This document shows positions 45,931 through 55,789 of a stretch of 59,385 nucleotides of DNA, in pieces; the first letter of the stretch is position 1, and every line of letters begins with the position of its first letter. The translations under genes and the position numbers were made by a program. The notes below the pieces were generated by a model. It saw only the letters and a list, made by a program, of their open reading frames with translations. It was not told the DNA's origin and searched no databases. Origin of the DNA: Spirochaetaceae bacterium (GTDB taxonomy: Bacteria; Spirochaetota; Spirochaetia; Treponematales; Breznakiellaceae); assembly GCA_031280035.1 (NCBI GenBank), contig JAITHJ010000011.1, positions 1 to 59,385 on the forward strand, in the 5' to 3' direction.

Positions 45931-47558
45931 TGCCGGATTTTAGGGTTGAAATGCGGGAAATTTATAAATATTTCCCTGTAAATGGCATTACAGCGCTTAA
46001 CGGAGCGAATTTTAATATCAAATCCGGCGAAATCCACGCCCTTTTAGGCGAAAACGGCGCAGGAAAATCAACATTGATGCAAATTCTTGCCGGATTTCTT
46101 ACACAGGATGCGGGAAAGATAACCATAAATGGAGTTGAAAAACGGTTCCGCTCGACTCAGGATGCTATTATTTGCCGCATAGGCATGGTAAGACAAAAAC
46201 CGGAGCTTACTCCGGGTCTAAAAATCTGGGAAAATTGCGCCCTCGGCGTTGAAGGCGTTTGTTTGCTGGCCGGCTACCGGAAGTCTGCCAGAGAACGGGT
46301 GCATTTATTAAACAAGCAATTGAATTTCGCTCTTCCTATTGACGCTAGGACGGAAACGCTCTCCATTGCCCAGCGGCAATTTGCCGCCGTCCTTGCCTTG
46401 CTGCTTCGCGGTACGCTTTTTTTGGTATTTGATGAACCGACGGCTATGCTTAGTTTGCAGGAAAGTGTGCGTCTTTTTGATTTGTGGCGTAAAATTATTG
46501 CAAACGGCAAGGGAGTTGTGATTATATCGCATAAGCTTGAGGAAACACTGACGCTGGCTGACCGGTTTACCGTATTGCGCAATGGAAAAACCGCTCTTAC
46601 CTGTACGGCGGAGGATTGCAGCAAACAGCGTATCATAGAGGCGATGTTTGGTGAAGAAAAGCCTGTGCAAGTAAAACCGCGCCGGAAAATGATTTTGGAA
46701 GACGATTTGGAAACGAATACCGTCCAAAAAGACGAAACAAAATGCGTTTTTGATGTAAATTGTCCGGTAATTGAAGTAAAAAATCTATCAGTATCAGAAA
46801 CGTTATTTCCGGCGCTAAAGAATCTTTCATTCAAGGTAAAACGAGGTGAGATTCTTGGAATTGCCGGTTTTAGGGAGAGCGGAATTGAGACTCTTGAACT
46901 TGTCCTTGCCGGTTTTATAGAACACGGAATTTCAGGAAGCATTTTGCTGAACGGTGTTGAAGTAACCGGAAAAGGAACCGCAGTTTTCAGAAAAAATGGC
47001 GGCGCGCATTTTAGCGCGGGAAGAAAAAAAATTGCCGCGGGAAAATTCATTATGCCGGAAGATCCATGCCTTTCGATTCGGGATAATCTATTGATTTATG
47101 CTCATAAACGGCTGCTTACTCAAGGTTTTGGAAAAATATTAAAATTTTTTGATAAAAATAAAACGGACGACTGGCTTTCCGGCGTTATGAATGATGCTGA
47201 AATCAACCGGAATGGAAAGGAAAAATGGGGAACGCTGTCAGGCGGCATGGGGCAAAGATTACTTGGCATACGGGAATTTGCAGAAAATCCGTCTCTTGTT
47301 CTGTGTACTGAACCTGCTTGGGGGCTTGATAGAAATAGACGGCAAAGATTCTTTCATTATTTACGCAAAAAAGCAGCGGAAGGATGTGGAATAATCATTT
47401 TTTTTTCAGACATTGATGAATTTTTTATAATTTCGGACAAAATTATGGTTCTTAGAAATGGAAAATGCGCTGAATTACTGTGTTTAAATGATAAAAACCG
47501 GAATTCAGATGTAGAAATTATCTCAAAAAAAATAAAAATGGCGTTAGTCGGAGGATAG
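45930..47558 (+). CDS. ABC transporter ATP-binding protein with duplicated NBDs (nucleoside/sugar uptake type)
   Basis: NBD1 Walker A GENGAGKST. NBD2 is degenerate (GIAGFRESGIETL) with LSGGMGQR. Confidence 0.85.
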   Translation: MPDFRVEMREIYKYFPVNGITALNGANFNIKSGEIHALLGENGAGKSTLMQILAGFLTQDAGKITINGVEKRFRSTQDAIICRIGMVRQKPELTPGLKIWENCALGVEGVCLLAGYRKSARERVHLLNKQLNFALPIDARTETLSIAQRQFAAVLALLLRGTLFLVFDEPTAMLSLQESVRLFDLWRKIIANGKGVVIISHKLEETLTLADRFTVLRNGKTALTCTAEDCSKQRIIEAMFGEEKPVQVKPRRKMILEDDLETNTVQKDETKCVFDVNCPVIEVKNLSVSETLFPALKNLSFKVKRGEILGIAGFRESGIETLELVLAGFIEHGISGSILLNGVEVTGKGTAVFRKNGGAHFSAGRKKIAAGKFIMPEDPCLSIRDNLLIYAHKRLLTQGFGKILKFFDKNKTDDWLSGVMNDAEINRNGKEKWGTLSGGMGQRLLGIREFAENPSLVLCTEPAWGLDRNRRQRFFHYLRKKAAEGCGIIIFFSDIDEFFIISDKIMVLRNGKCAELLCLNDKNRNSDVEIISKKIKMALVGG

Positions 47559-47578
47559 AGGATGGTAAATATCACCTG

Positions 47579-48508
47579 ATGAATATTCTTCAGACAATTT
47601 TTATTACGCCGTGGTCAAGCGTGTTTTTTGTGGGGAATATGTTTGATTATATGGCGTTATTGCTGCCCGCGTCGCTTGCGGCGGCGTTTGCCTTTCGTGC
47701 AGGACTTTGTAATTTAGGGCTTGAAGGGCAAATTTATGCGGGCGGTTTTATGGCGGGCGTGTTCCTTATACAAATGCAGCGCTATGATTTTTTCAGTACG
47801 CCGTTGTTGTTCACAGCCGCTCTGATCGCTATGTTTACAGGCGCGCTGCTTGCTGCCTTTTGCGCTTTTTTAAAAAAAGTTACGGGGACAAATGAGCTTA
47901 TTACATCTTTTTTACTTAGCGCGGGTATTACTCCGGTGGTAAACTATTTTATTACCGGCCCATTGCGCGATACGTCTGGAAATCTTCTTGCAACCAGACC
48001 GTTTGGCCGGTATTTTATGCTTGACCGGCTTTTACCGCCGTCATCTCTTTCCGTCTCATTTTTTATTGCGCTCATTTTACCGCTGTTTGCTTTTGTATTC
48101 TTTAACAAAACAGTTTCTGGATACCGGTTTCGTCTTGCCGGAGATTCACCGGATTTTGCCCGTTATGGCGGCATAGACGCCGAACATTATTGGATTCCGG
48201 CGTTCAGTTTTTCCGGAGCGCTCGGCGGGCTTTCCGGGTTTTTCGGCGTGGCCGGAACCTATGGTATGCTGCATCAAAATTGGACCGGCGGTTTAGGCTG
48301 GGCGGGTATTGCCGTAGCGTTAATTGCCCGCGGTGATCCGTTAGTTATAATTCCAGCGGCATTTTTTTATGCGTATTTAAAATCAGGAACGGATACGGCG
48401 CTGCTTGTTTCAGGAGCGGCTTTTGAATCGTCAGCGCTGATACAGGCTGCTGTTCTTTTTTTTGTAACTGCGCGCCGGATATTCTCTATTGGAAAAGCTG
48501 GAATTTAG
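47579..48508 (+). CDS. ABC transporter permease (BMP-type uptake system)
   Basis: Polytopic membrane protein in the operon. Confidence 0.8.
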   Translation: MNILQTIFITPWSSVFFVGNMFDYMALLLPASLAAAFAFRAGLCNLGLEGQIYAGGFMAGVFLIQMQRYDFFSTPLLFTAALIAMFTGALLAAFCAFLKKVTGTNELITSFLLSAGITPVVNYFITGPLRDTSGNLLATRPFGRYFMLDRLLPPSSLSVSFFIALILPLFAFVFFNKTVSGYRFRLAGDSPDFARYGGIDAEHYWIPAFSFSGALGGLSGFFGVAGTYGMLHQNWTGGLGWAGIAVALIARGDPLVIIPAAFFYAYLKSGTDTALLVSGAAFESSALIQAAVLFFVTARRIFSIGKAGI

Positions 48509-49364
48509 AATGGTTTTGCAGATATTATTTCAGGCAGTGCCGCTTTTACTTGCGGGAACAGGGGTTCTTTGGACGGAACTTGCCGGTTTTCTTTCAATAT
48601 CGATAGAAGGATGGATGTCTTTTGGAGGATTTGTTTCTTATATAATCGCGTTATATACAGGTTCTGTTTTCTGGGCTGTGATAATAGCGTCGCTTGCGGC
48701 GGCGTTTTTAAGCTGGCTGTGCGCCCGGTTCGTAATCCGCGCCGGCGCCGATCCTTTTATTGTTGGTCTTGCGTTGAATCTAGGAATATCAGGCGGAATA
48801 ACGGCTGTTTCGTCGAAGATTTTGGGCGCAAAAGGCGTTCTACGCCCGTTTGATTTTACCGGCGCGGCAAATAGTGAACTGTTTTCCTTTGGAATAGCGG
48901 TATCGTGGTCATTTGTTTATGCTGCGGTTGCCGGCGCGTTGATATCAGCTTGGTTATTAAGGCGGACGCCGCTTGGATTACGGACTATTGCCGCAGGTCT
49001 TTCGCCTGAGGCCTCACTTGAGCGCGGTTTGGATTTCAGATGTTATCGTACAATAAGCTGGGCATTTGCCGGTTTTTTTGCCGCGGCGGCCGGCGCGGCG
49101 CTGACATTCAGAGTTGGCGTATATACGCCTGACGGTGTTTCAGGCCGCGGCTGGCTTGCGATAGCCGCTGTTTTTTTGGGATTTCGGAAAATACGCGGAA
49201 TTATTGCCGCATCTGTACTGCTTGCTGCTGCGGAACACGTCTGTATTGACGCGCAAAAACAGAATTTCGCGCCACAGACCGCTCTAATCGGACTGCCGTC
49301 GTTATTGGCGCTTTTATTATATTCAATTTCGCAGTTTATGGAAAAGAAAATAGTACGAGATTAA
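48489..49364 (+). CDS. ABC transporter permease (BMP-type uptake system)
   Basis: Polytopic membrane protein. Its start overlaps the upstream gene. Confidence 0.8.
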   Translation: MEKLEFRMVLQILFQAVPLLLAGTGVLWTELAGFLSISIEGWMSFGGFVSYIIALYTGSVFWAVIIASLAAAFLSWLCARFVIRAGADPFIVGLALNLGISGGITAVSSKILGAKGVLRPFDFTGAANSELFSFGIAVSWSFVYAAVAGALISAWLLRRTPLGLRTIAAGLSPEASLERGLDFRCYRTISWAFAGFFAAAAGAALTFRVGVYTPDGVSGRGWLAIAAVFLGFRKIRGIIAASVLLAAAEHVCIDAQKQNFAPQTALIGLPSLLALLLYSISQFMEKKIVRD

Positions 49365-49425
49365 CCTGTGTTTTAGTCCGCGCTGTATGGCTGCTTCAAT
49401 TGGCTCTTTATAGTATAATGTTGTT

Positions 49426-50409
49426 ATGCAGGATCTCTTTGGGCGCACGATAGATTATCTTCGTATTTCTGTTACGGACCGTTGTCCGGCCCGGTGTATT
49501 TATTGTATGCCGGATGCGAACGTGAATTGGCTGCATCATAGTGAAATACTTTCGTTTGAGGAAATGCTTCGTATATCAGCGCTTATGGCGGAGCTTGGGA
49601 TAAAAAAAATAAAAGTTACCGGCGGCGAACCTTTGGCAAGACGCGGAGTTATTCCGTTTATAGAGCGTTTAACAAAAATCAGCGGCATAGAAAAAGTAAG
49701 CCTTACCACGAACGCGATTTTTCTTGATGATCATCTTTCGTCATTGATTTTAGCCGGAATAAGCGCGATTAACATAAGTCTTGATACGCTCAACGAAGAA
49801 ACATTCCGCAGGATAACAAGGACGAATGCGTTTGCAAAGGTATGTAACGGTCTTGCGGCGGCGCTTGATGCGGGAATTCAGGTAAAAATAAACTGCGTAC
49901 CTATATCGGGATATAATAACACGGATATTATTCAAATTGCAAAGCTTGCTGAAAAAAATAGTGTTCATGTACGGTTCATAGAATTGATGCCGCTGGGATT
50001 CGCTTGTGAATTAAATCCAATTTCGCCCGGGGAAATTTTTATGATGCTGGAAAAAGAATTCGGAAAACTTTTGGTCTGTAATGATAAATTAGGCGCAGGC
50101 CCGGCGGAATATTTTAACATAAGCGGATTTTCCGGAAAGATTGGCTTTATAAGCGCGCTTACGCATACATTTTGTGCGTTATGCAACAGAGTTCGTTTAA
50201 CGTCTGCCGGAATGCTTAAGCCATGCCTTGCAAGTGATATAAATATAGATATAAAATCGATGCTGCGCGGCGGCGCAGGTGATTTTGAAATAAAGGACGC
50301 CATAAAAAAAATTATATTTGAAAAGCCGCCGGCGCATAATTTTACCGCGGATAACAAAATTCATGCTGATGTACATAAGAGGCGGTTTATGTATAGAATT
50401 GGCGGATAG
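49426..50409 (+). CDS. moaA: GTP 3',8-cyclase MoaA (radical SAM)
   Basis: YLRISVTDRCPARCIYCMP, KVTGGEPL, and a C-terminal second cluster CALCNRVRLTSAGMLKPCL. Confidence 0.9.
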   Translation: MQDLFGRTIDYLRISVTDRCPARCIYCMPDANVNWLHHSEILSFEEMLRISALMAELGIKKIKVTGGEPLARRGVIPFIERLTKISGIEKVSLTTNAIFLDDHLSSLILAGISAINISLDTLNEETFRRITRTNAFAKVCNGLAAALDAGIQVKINCVPISGYNNTDIIQIAKLAEKNSVHVRFIELMPLGFACELNPISPGEIFMMLEKEFGKLLVCNDKLGAGPAEYFNISGFSGKIGFISALTHTFCALCNRVRLTSAGMLKPCLASDINIDIKSMLRGGAGDFEIKDAIKKIIFEKPPAHNFTADNKIHADVHKRRFMYRIGG

Positions 50410-50428
50410 CGGTACATTTGGAGTATGT

Positions 50429-50860
50429 ATGGGCAGAGTAACGGCTGTATGCGTGAGTGAAAAAAAGGGTACGGAAAAAAGAAACGTTGGTGAAGCGTTA
50501 TTTGTCGAACAAAGCGGTATCGAAGGGGACGCTCATGCCGGAAACTGGCATAGACAGGTAAGTCTGCTTTCGTTTGAGAAAATCGAACAATTTCGCGCGC
50601 AAGGCGCCGCCGTTGATTTTGGCGCGTTTGGAGAGAATCTTGTTGTGGAAGGCATAGACTTTTCGAGTCTTAAAATAGGAACAGTTTTTAAATGCGGCAA
50701 TGTTAGTTTAAGGCTCACTCAAATAGGCAAGGAATGCCATAATCACTGCGCGATTTTTAAAAAGATGGGCGATTGTATTATGCCGCGTGAAGGCGTTTTT
50801 GCCGAGGTTTTGCGCGGCGGTTTTATAAAAACCGGCGATGAATTAACTATTGCCGTTTGA
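50429..50860 (+). CDS. MOSC-domain protein
   Basis: MGRVTAVCVSEKKGTEK.....GIEGDAHAG.WHRQVSLLS....GENL..EGI motifs. The start is at the ATG at 50429, with a GGAG SD. Confidence 0.8.
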   Translation: MGRVTAVCVSEKKGTEKRNVGEALFVEQSGIEGDAHAGNWHRQVSLLSFEKIEQFRAQGAAVDFGAFGENLVVEGIDFSSLKIGTVFKCGNVSLRLTQIGKECHNHCAIFKKMGDCIMPREGVFAEVLRGGFIKTGDELTIAV

Positions 50861-52315
50861 AATCCGGCTGGCGCGCGCTTTTTTTTCAAGGAACGCCTTG
50901 TACTTTTCAGGATCGGCCTTGAACGCGACTATTGGAGATCTTCTATCCTCACCGGCTTTGCCAAGCGCGCGTTCCGCTTCGTTGATGAGCCTTTCCGCGT
51001 GAAGAGAACGTCCGGCCATAGAAGATATGCCGATAAGAAGTTCCGATTCCGATTCCAGCGGTAATTTGGCTATTGCTTCCCGGTGAAACCGCTTTGCCGT
51101 TTCAAATGCATCATCAATCGAAATTCCGGGTACAATAATATAAATTCCGGGCACATTTTTTTCAAAAATACGGCTGCCTCTTTTAAAACATCCGGCGGCA
51201 GCCTCTTCAAGCGTCTTATAAAGAACATTTTCAGCCGTCCACATTGCTGTAATTAACGAAAGATCCTTGCCGTTTTCTTCGGCTTTTGCCATTTCCGGAG
51301 CAAGTTCACTGGCGAATGACGGTTCACCGGAGAAATCACCGAACGGGTCAGTCTCATATAAGCCTGATGACGGAAATGGATTTTTCCGCGAATTTTCATC
51401 ATCCGTTTCGAACTGCGGCAGACCGCCGGCAGTCAAATCATCTTCAGCGTCTTCGTTGCGTAACGAATCAGTTACATGGAACGGGTCTTTTTCTTCGAAC
51501 TTGGATTCATCTTCAGTAAACAATATATCTTCCGGTTTTGGAACGAAAGGCGCGTCGTGGCGCGCAAAATCAGGTTCCGGCGGCAGAATGAAATTTTCAT
51601 TATCATCGGTTGTAAAACCGTTACCGGAAAATTTGTCAGCCTGCGGCCGCTCATCGATAAATGGTTCTTGCTCTTCATAATCATCAGGATAATACCGCTC
51701 CGCTTTTCGTGATTCCACATTCGGTCCGCTGCCAGTAAATTCATCGATCGCAGGTTGTTTTTTGACTATAACCATATCGGTAATTAACAGAGAGAATGAG
51801 ACAACAACGGCGATAAGAATTGCCAGAAGGACTTTTCTTAAGATGAATAAGAGATTATCAAAATCTATATATGTTGACACTGCGCTTATAACAATATTTT
51901 GCAAACCTTCGATACGGAGCGGAGCAGGTTCCAGCCGTTTTAGGAGATAAAGGCCTCGGCTAAAATAAGGATAATTTCCCGTCCATTTTACAAGGCCATG
52001 CGTTTTTTCAACGGCAATAGAATAATCCCCCGGAGCTGAGATAATCACTGCCTGCAGCGACTTAGCGCTGGCTACGGTATCCCGAATGTCCTCTTTGAAT
52101 GAAGCCGTCTTCCAGCCGAGTACTCCGGCGGAAGAAGCTAAGTCTTTCAACTCGATATACTCACGGGCCGTTATGTCACTATGATCTCTGACAGCCCCAT
52201 ATATGAGCAAAAACGCGTAAATTGTAGAAATCACATAAATGATCATGCACAATACGCTTACTACAGCCTGAAATTTCCGCCAAATACTTTTCACTATAAT
52301 ATTTATGATTTTCAA
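50843..52315 (-). CDS. membrane-anchored protein with an acidic disordered linker and a degenerate GGDEF-like C-terminal domain
   Basis: Two TM helices flank a periplasmic segment, followed by a long D/E/P/F-rich linker. The C-terminus follows the GGDEF scaffold (..IYIIVPGISIDDAFETAKRFHREAI....LLIGISS....LINEAERALGKAGE) but lacks the GG[DE]EF signature. This is inference only. Confidence 0.5.
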   Translation of the reverse strand: MKIINIIVKSIWRKFQAVVSVLCMIIYVISTIYAFLLIYGAVRDHSDITAREYIELKDLASSAGVLGWKTASFKEDIRDTVASAKSLQAVIISAPGDYSIAVEKTHGLVKWTGNYPYFSRGLYLLKRLEPAPLRIEGLQNIVISAVSTYIDFDNLLFILRKVLLAILIAVVVSFSLLITDMVIVKKQPAIDEFTGSGPNVESRKAERYYPDDYEEQEPFIDERPQADKFSGNGFTTDDNENFILPPEPDFARHDAPFVPKPEDILFTEDESKFEEKDPFHVTDSLRNEDAEDDLTAGGLPQFETDDENSRKNPFPSSGLYETDPFGDFSGEPSFASELAPEMAKAEENGKDLSLITAMWTAENVLYKTLEEAAAGCFKRGSRIFEKNVPGIYIIVPGISIDDAFETAKRFHREAIAKLPLESESELLIGISSMAGRSLHAERLINEAERALGKAGEDRRSPIVAFKADPEKYKAFLEKKARASRISNGNS

Positions 52316-52498
52316 CGCTTATAATAAAAATTAAATACGCGCCGAACCTTTTACCCCCTCTCCCCACTGCTACGGTTTTATGCAATAATCGCATACAGAA
52401 AAACAACCGGCGGCGTTAAGGAATATTTTGGCGATTATGATAGTAATTATTTTAATGAAAGTCAAGAGCCGGTTTTTTGTCTGTTCTATGAGATACAT

Positions 52499-54667
52499 AT
52501 GGATAAAGACGGCCGCGATAAGCAAAAGACGCTGGATGCCGAAAGAATAATTTCTGAACTGGAAAAAGGCGGCGCAACAGCTTTGGCGCTGCCTTATTAC
52601 GAGGCGCGTCCGTCGCAGCTCGATTTAATGCGGCTTATAATCCGTGCTTTTAACGAGGACAGTCTTGCTGCGGCGGAAGCCGGAACAGGAGTTGGAAAAT
52701 CATTTGCCTACCTCCTGCCGGCCATTGTTTTTGCGTCGGAGAACGATGAACGTATTGTTATTTCCACGGCGACGATTACCCTTCAGCGGCAATTATTTGA
52801 GAAAGATATACCTGTTGTAAGCGCGGCTCTTAATATTGACTTAAAAACTGCGCTTGTAACGGGACGCAGGAATTTTCTTTGTTTAGAGCGCCTTTCCGGC
52901 GCTCTTGCGGAAGCCGGAGCTGAGTTTGATTTTGACAACAAAGAAACGATAAGAAGGATCGCGGCGTGGGCCGAAATTACAAAAACAGGCGATAAACCGG
53001 ATCTGCCGTTTATGCCGCCGGAAGATGTTTGGTCGCGGGTTTCCTCGGAGCCGGACGCCTGCTTGGGAATGAGCTGCCCGGAATACGGACGGTGTTTTTT
53101 TATGGCAATGCGCAGAAAGGCGGCTGAGGCGCGGATACTTGTCGTTAATCATCATCTGTTATTTGCCGATCTTGCTGCACGCGGCAAGGCTGGCGAATAT
53201 GGCGGTACCGTTGTGCTTCCGGCATATCAGCGGATTATAATTGACGAGGCGCATACAATAGAAAGCGCCGCTACAAGTTTTTTTTCTGCTGAACTGAATA
53301 AGATGGAAATAAATCTTACACTTGGACGTTTATTCAAACAGCGCGGTACGGCAAGATCGGGTCTTTTATTGCGTCTGTTTGCTTTTTCCGGCGGTGAAGA
53401 TAAAACATCCCTCTGGAACGGCGCTGTTAACGCGGTTCGAAACGCCGCTGCGAAACTCGACACCGCCGCTCTGGAACTTTGCGGTACAAAAAGCGTTTTT
53501 CGTTTTATTCCGCCAAGGGATGATATAATAAATCAGCATCTTGTTCCGTTTCTGATTGATCTTCAGACTTCAATAGTTGAATTTATAAAAGAGATAAAGT
53601 CAGTTTTGAATGCGGTTGAAGAAAAAGATTTCAGCGGTAATGAAAAGGCGGCGTCCGGCGCGGACACGCTGCTGCGTGAAACGCATCTGCTTTCTAACCG
53701 TCTGGCTGAGACTGCTGAACTTTGCGGTGCGTTTGTAAAATACAAGGACTATCCTGCGAATGTATTTTGGCTTGAAAGACGCTGTTCCAGACATACCGGC
53801 ACAAAAGATTGGGCGGTTCTGCAAAACGCTCCGGTTGATGTTTCAGAGAAATTAAAAACGTCTCTGTTTGAAAAACATAAAACGGTTATTTGTCTTTCCG
53901 CCACGCTTGCAGCCGTGGGGCGTTTTGATTATTGGGCGGACCGCTCGGGCATTAAGCTTGCCGTTTATGATGACGGCGGACGGCGCGATGTTTTGACGGG
54001 AAAATTTCCTTCTCCTTTTCCTTTTGACGAATCCGTATTGACGGCGGCGGCTCTTGACGCGCCTTCACCTTTAAGTCCGTCATTCAATGGTTTTGTCAAC
54101 AACGCCATACCGGATCTTGTAATGGCCTCTGAAGGTTCGGCTTTGATTTTGTTTACTTCGTTTGAGAGTCTTAAGAGCGCCTATAAATTCGCCGCGCCCT
54201 GTTTAGAAGCCGCCGGAATAAAATGCCTGAAACAGGGAGACGATGACCGCAGCCGTCTTTTACGCGCTTTTATTGATGATGAAAAAAGCACGCTGTTTGC
54301 TACCGATTCGTTTTGGGAAGGAGTTGACGCGCCGGGTGAAACGTTGCGCCTTGTTATAATATGCCGTCTTCCGTTTAAGACGCCCGATGATCCGGTATTT
54401 GAGGCCCGCTGTGAGACTATAGAAAGGCGCGGCGGCAATCCGTTTATGGATATTTCCGTCCCTGAAGCCGTGATAAAATTCCGCCAGGGTTTTGGACGCC
54501 TCATGCGGCATTCAGGCGATAGGGGCGTGGTGGCTGTTCTTGACGGCAGGATACTTACAAAACGTTACGGTGAAATTTTTCTGCGTTCCATTCCACGGAC
54601 TAAAACGAGTTTTGGCAGTTTCCCAAAAATCCTGCGTGATATTAAGGATTTTTTTGCGCTGGCGTAA
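52499..54667 (+). CDS. dinG: DinG/Rad3(XPD)-family ATP-dependent DNA helicase
   Basis: AEAGTGVGKSFAYLLP (Walker A), an FeS Cys cluster (C..., CLGMSCPEYGRC), DEAH box (IIDEAHT), and C-terminal FWEGVD / QGFGRLMR motifs. Confidence 0.88.
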   Translation: MDKDGRDKQKTLDAERIISELEKGGATALALPYYEARPSQLDLMRLIIRAFNEDSLAAAEAGTGVGKSFAYLLPAIVFASENDERIVISTATITLQRQLFEKDIPVVSAALNIDLKTALVTGRRNFLCLERLSGALAEAGAEFDFDNKETIRRIAAWAEITKTGDKPDLPFMPPEDVWSRVSSEPDACLGMSCPEYGRCFFMAMRRKAAEARILVVNHHLLFADLAARGKAGEYGGTVVLPAYQRIIIDEAHTIESAATSFFSAELNKMEINLTLGRLFKQRGTARSGLLLRLFAFSGGEDKTSLWNGAVNAVRNAAAKLDTAALELCGTKSVFRFIPPRDDIINQHLVPFLIDLQTSIVEFIKEIKSVLNAVEEKDFSGNEKAASGADTLLRETHLLSNRLAETAELCGAFVKYKDYPANVFWLERRCSRHTGTKDWAVLQNAPVDVSEKLKTSLFEKHKTVICLSATLAAVGRFDYWADRSGIKLAVYDDGGRRDVLTGKFPSPFPFDESVLTAAALDAPSPLSPSFNGFVNNAIPDLVMASEGSALILFTSFESLKSAYKFAAPCLEAAGIKCLKQGDDDRSRLLRAFIDDEKSTLFATDSFWEGVDAPGETLRLVIICRLPFKTPDDPVFEARCETIERRGGNPFMDISVPEAVIKFRQGFGRLMRHSGDRGVVAVLDGRILTKRYGEIFLRSIPRTKTSFGSFPKILRDIKDFFALA

Positions 54668-54752
54668 AACGATTCAGCCATACTGGACATTTATTAATTT
54701 ATAGTATACAATTACTATAAAATTACTAAGATAATAAATTATGGAGGTTTCT

Positions 54753-55673
54753 ATGGCTTGTGTTGAAAAGGTTACGGATTTAATTGGAAATACGCCGCTT
54801 GTCAGGATTAATAAGATCAATGACGGTAATGCGGTGATTTACGCAAAACTGGAGAGTTTTAATCCATTGCATAGCGTTAAAGACAGAATCGCTTTGGCTA
54901 TGATTGAGGCAGCGGAGAAAGAGGGAAAAATTACAAAGGATACCGTTATAATTGAGCCGACGAGCGGAAATACCGGTATTGGGCTTGCTTTTGTGTGCGC
55001 GGTTAAAGGGTACAGTCTGATTCTTACTATGCCGGAGACAATGAGTATTGAACGCCGCAAGCTTTTAAAGGCGCTTGGCGCGCGGCTTGAGCTTACTGAA
55101 GGAGCAAAAGGCATGAAAGGCGCTATTGAAAAAGCTATGGAAATCGCAAAATCCACGTCAAAATCTTTTGTCCCGCAGCAGTTTAATAATCCGGCGAATC
55201 CGGCGATTCATGAAAGGACAACGGGCCCTGAAATTTGGGAAGATACCGGCGGCAAAGTCGATATTCTTATCGGCGGCGTTGGTACCGGCGGTACAATTAC
55301 CGGCGCGGGCAAATTTTTGAAAAGCAAAAAAAGCTCAATTACGTTAATAGCCGTGGAGCCGGCGGCTTCACCGGTTCTTTCCGGCGGAAATCCAGGCCCG
55401 CATAGAATTCAGGGTATTGGCGCAGGCTTTGTGCCTGAGGTTTTTAATAAAGACCTTATTGACGAAATTTACAAGACTGATGACACAAAGGCCTCAACAA
55501 TAGCGCGGCGGGCAGCCAAGGAGGAGGGTATCCTTGTTGGAATATCTTCCGGCGGCGCGCTTGAAGCGGCGATAACCGTATCAAAAAGGCCGGAAAACAA
55601 CGGAAAGACAATCGTTGTTGTATTGCCTGACACTGGTGAACGCTATCTTTCTACCTGGCTTTGGGAAGAATAG
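54753..55673 (+). CDS. cysK: cysteine synthase A (O-acetylserine sulfhydrylase)
   Basis: PLP lysine motif [26 protein letters not shown]. The start is at the ATG at 54753, 5 nt after GGAGG. Confidence 0.93.
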   Translation: MACVEKVTDLIGNTPLVRINKINDGNAVIYAKLESFNPLHSVKDRIALAMIEAAEKEGKITKDTVIIEPTSGNTGIGLAFVCAVKGYSLILTMPETMSIERRKLLKALGARLELTEGAKGMKGAIEKAMEIAKSTSKSFVPQQFNNPANPAIHERTTGPEIWEDTGGKVDILIGGVGTGGTITGAGKFLKSKKSSITLIAVEPAASPVLSGGNPGPHRIQGIGAGFVPEVFNKDLIDEIYKTDDTKASTIARRAAKEEGILVGISSGGALEAAITVSKRPENNGKTIVVVLPDTGERYLSTWLWEE

Positions 55674-55758
55674 CGGCCTGTTTCCCCGCGCCGCTGATCC
55701 GGCCTCTTTTCCAAACGCGGTAAAGCGGTTTCCGGCGGCGGCGCGCGTTCCTGCGCGT

Positions 55759-55777
55759 GTGCGGCTTTTGGCCGCAC
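55759..55777. terminator. hairpin between convergent cysK and the GLUG-protein gene
   Basis: GTGCGGC-TTTTG-GCCGCAC followed by CGTTTCTT. Confidence 0.45.
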
Positions 55778-55789
55778 CGTTTCTTACCG

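Noticed and set aside
46274-47050. A 258-aa minus-strand ORF and other antisense ORFs (46308-46727).
   Set aside because: They lie inside the double-NBD ABC ATPase gene, which has clear Walker and signature motifs on the plus strand.
49426-50860. moaA plus a MOSC gene as a possible unusual molybdenum-cofactor module.
   Set aside because: Both are common housekeeping genes, and the other moa/moe genes may simply lie outside the window. Nothing in the sequence is anomalous.
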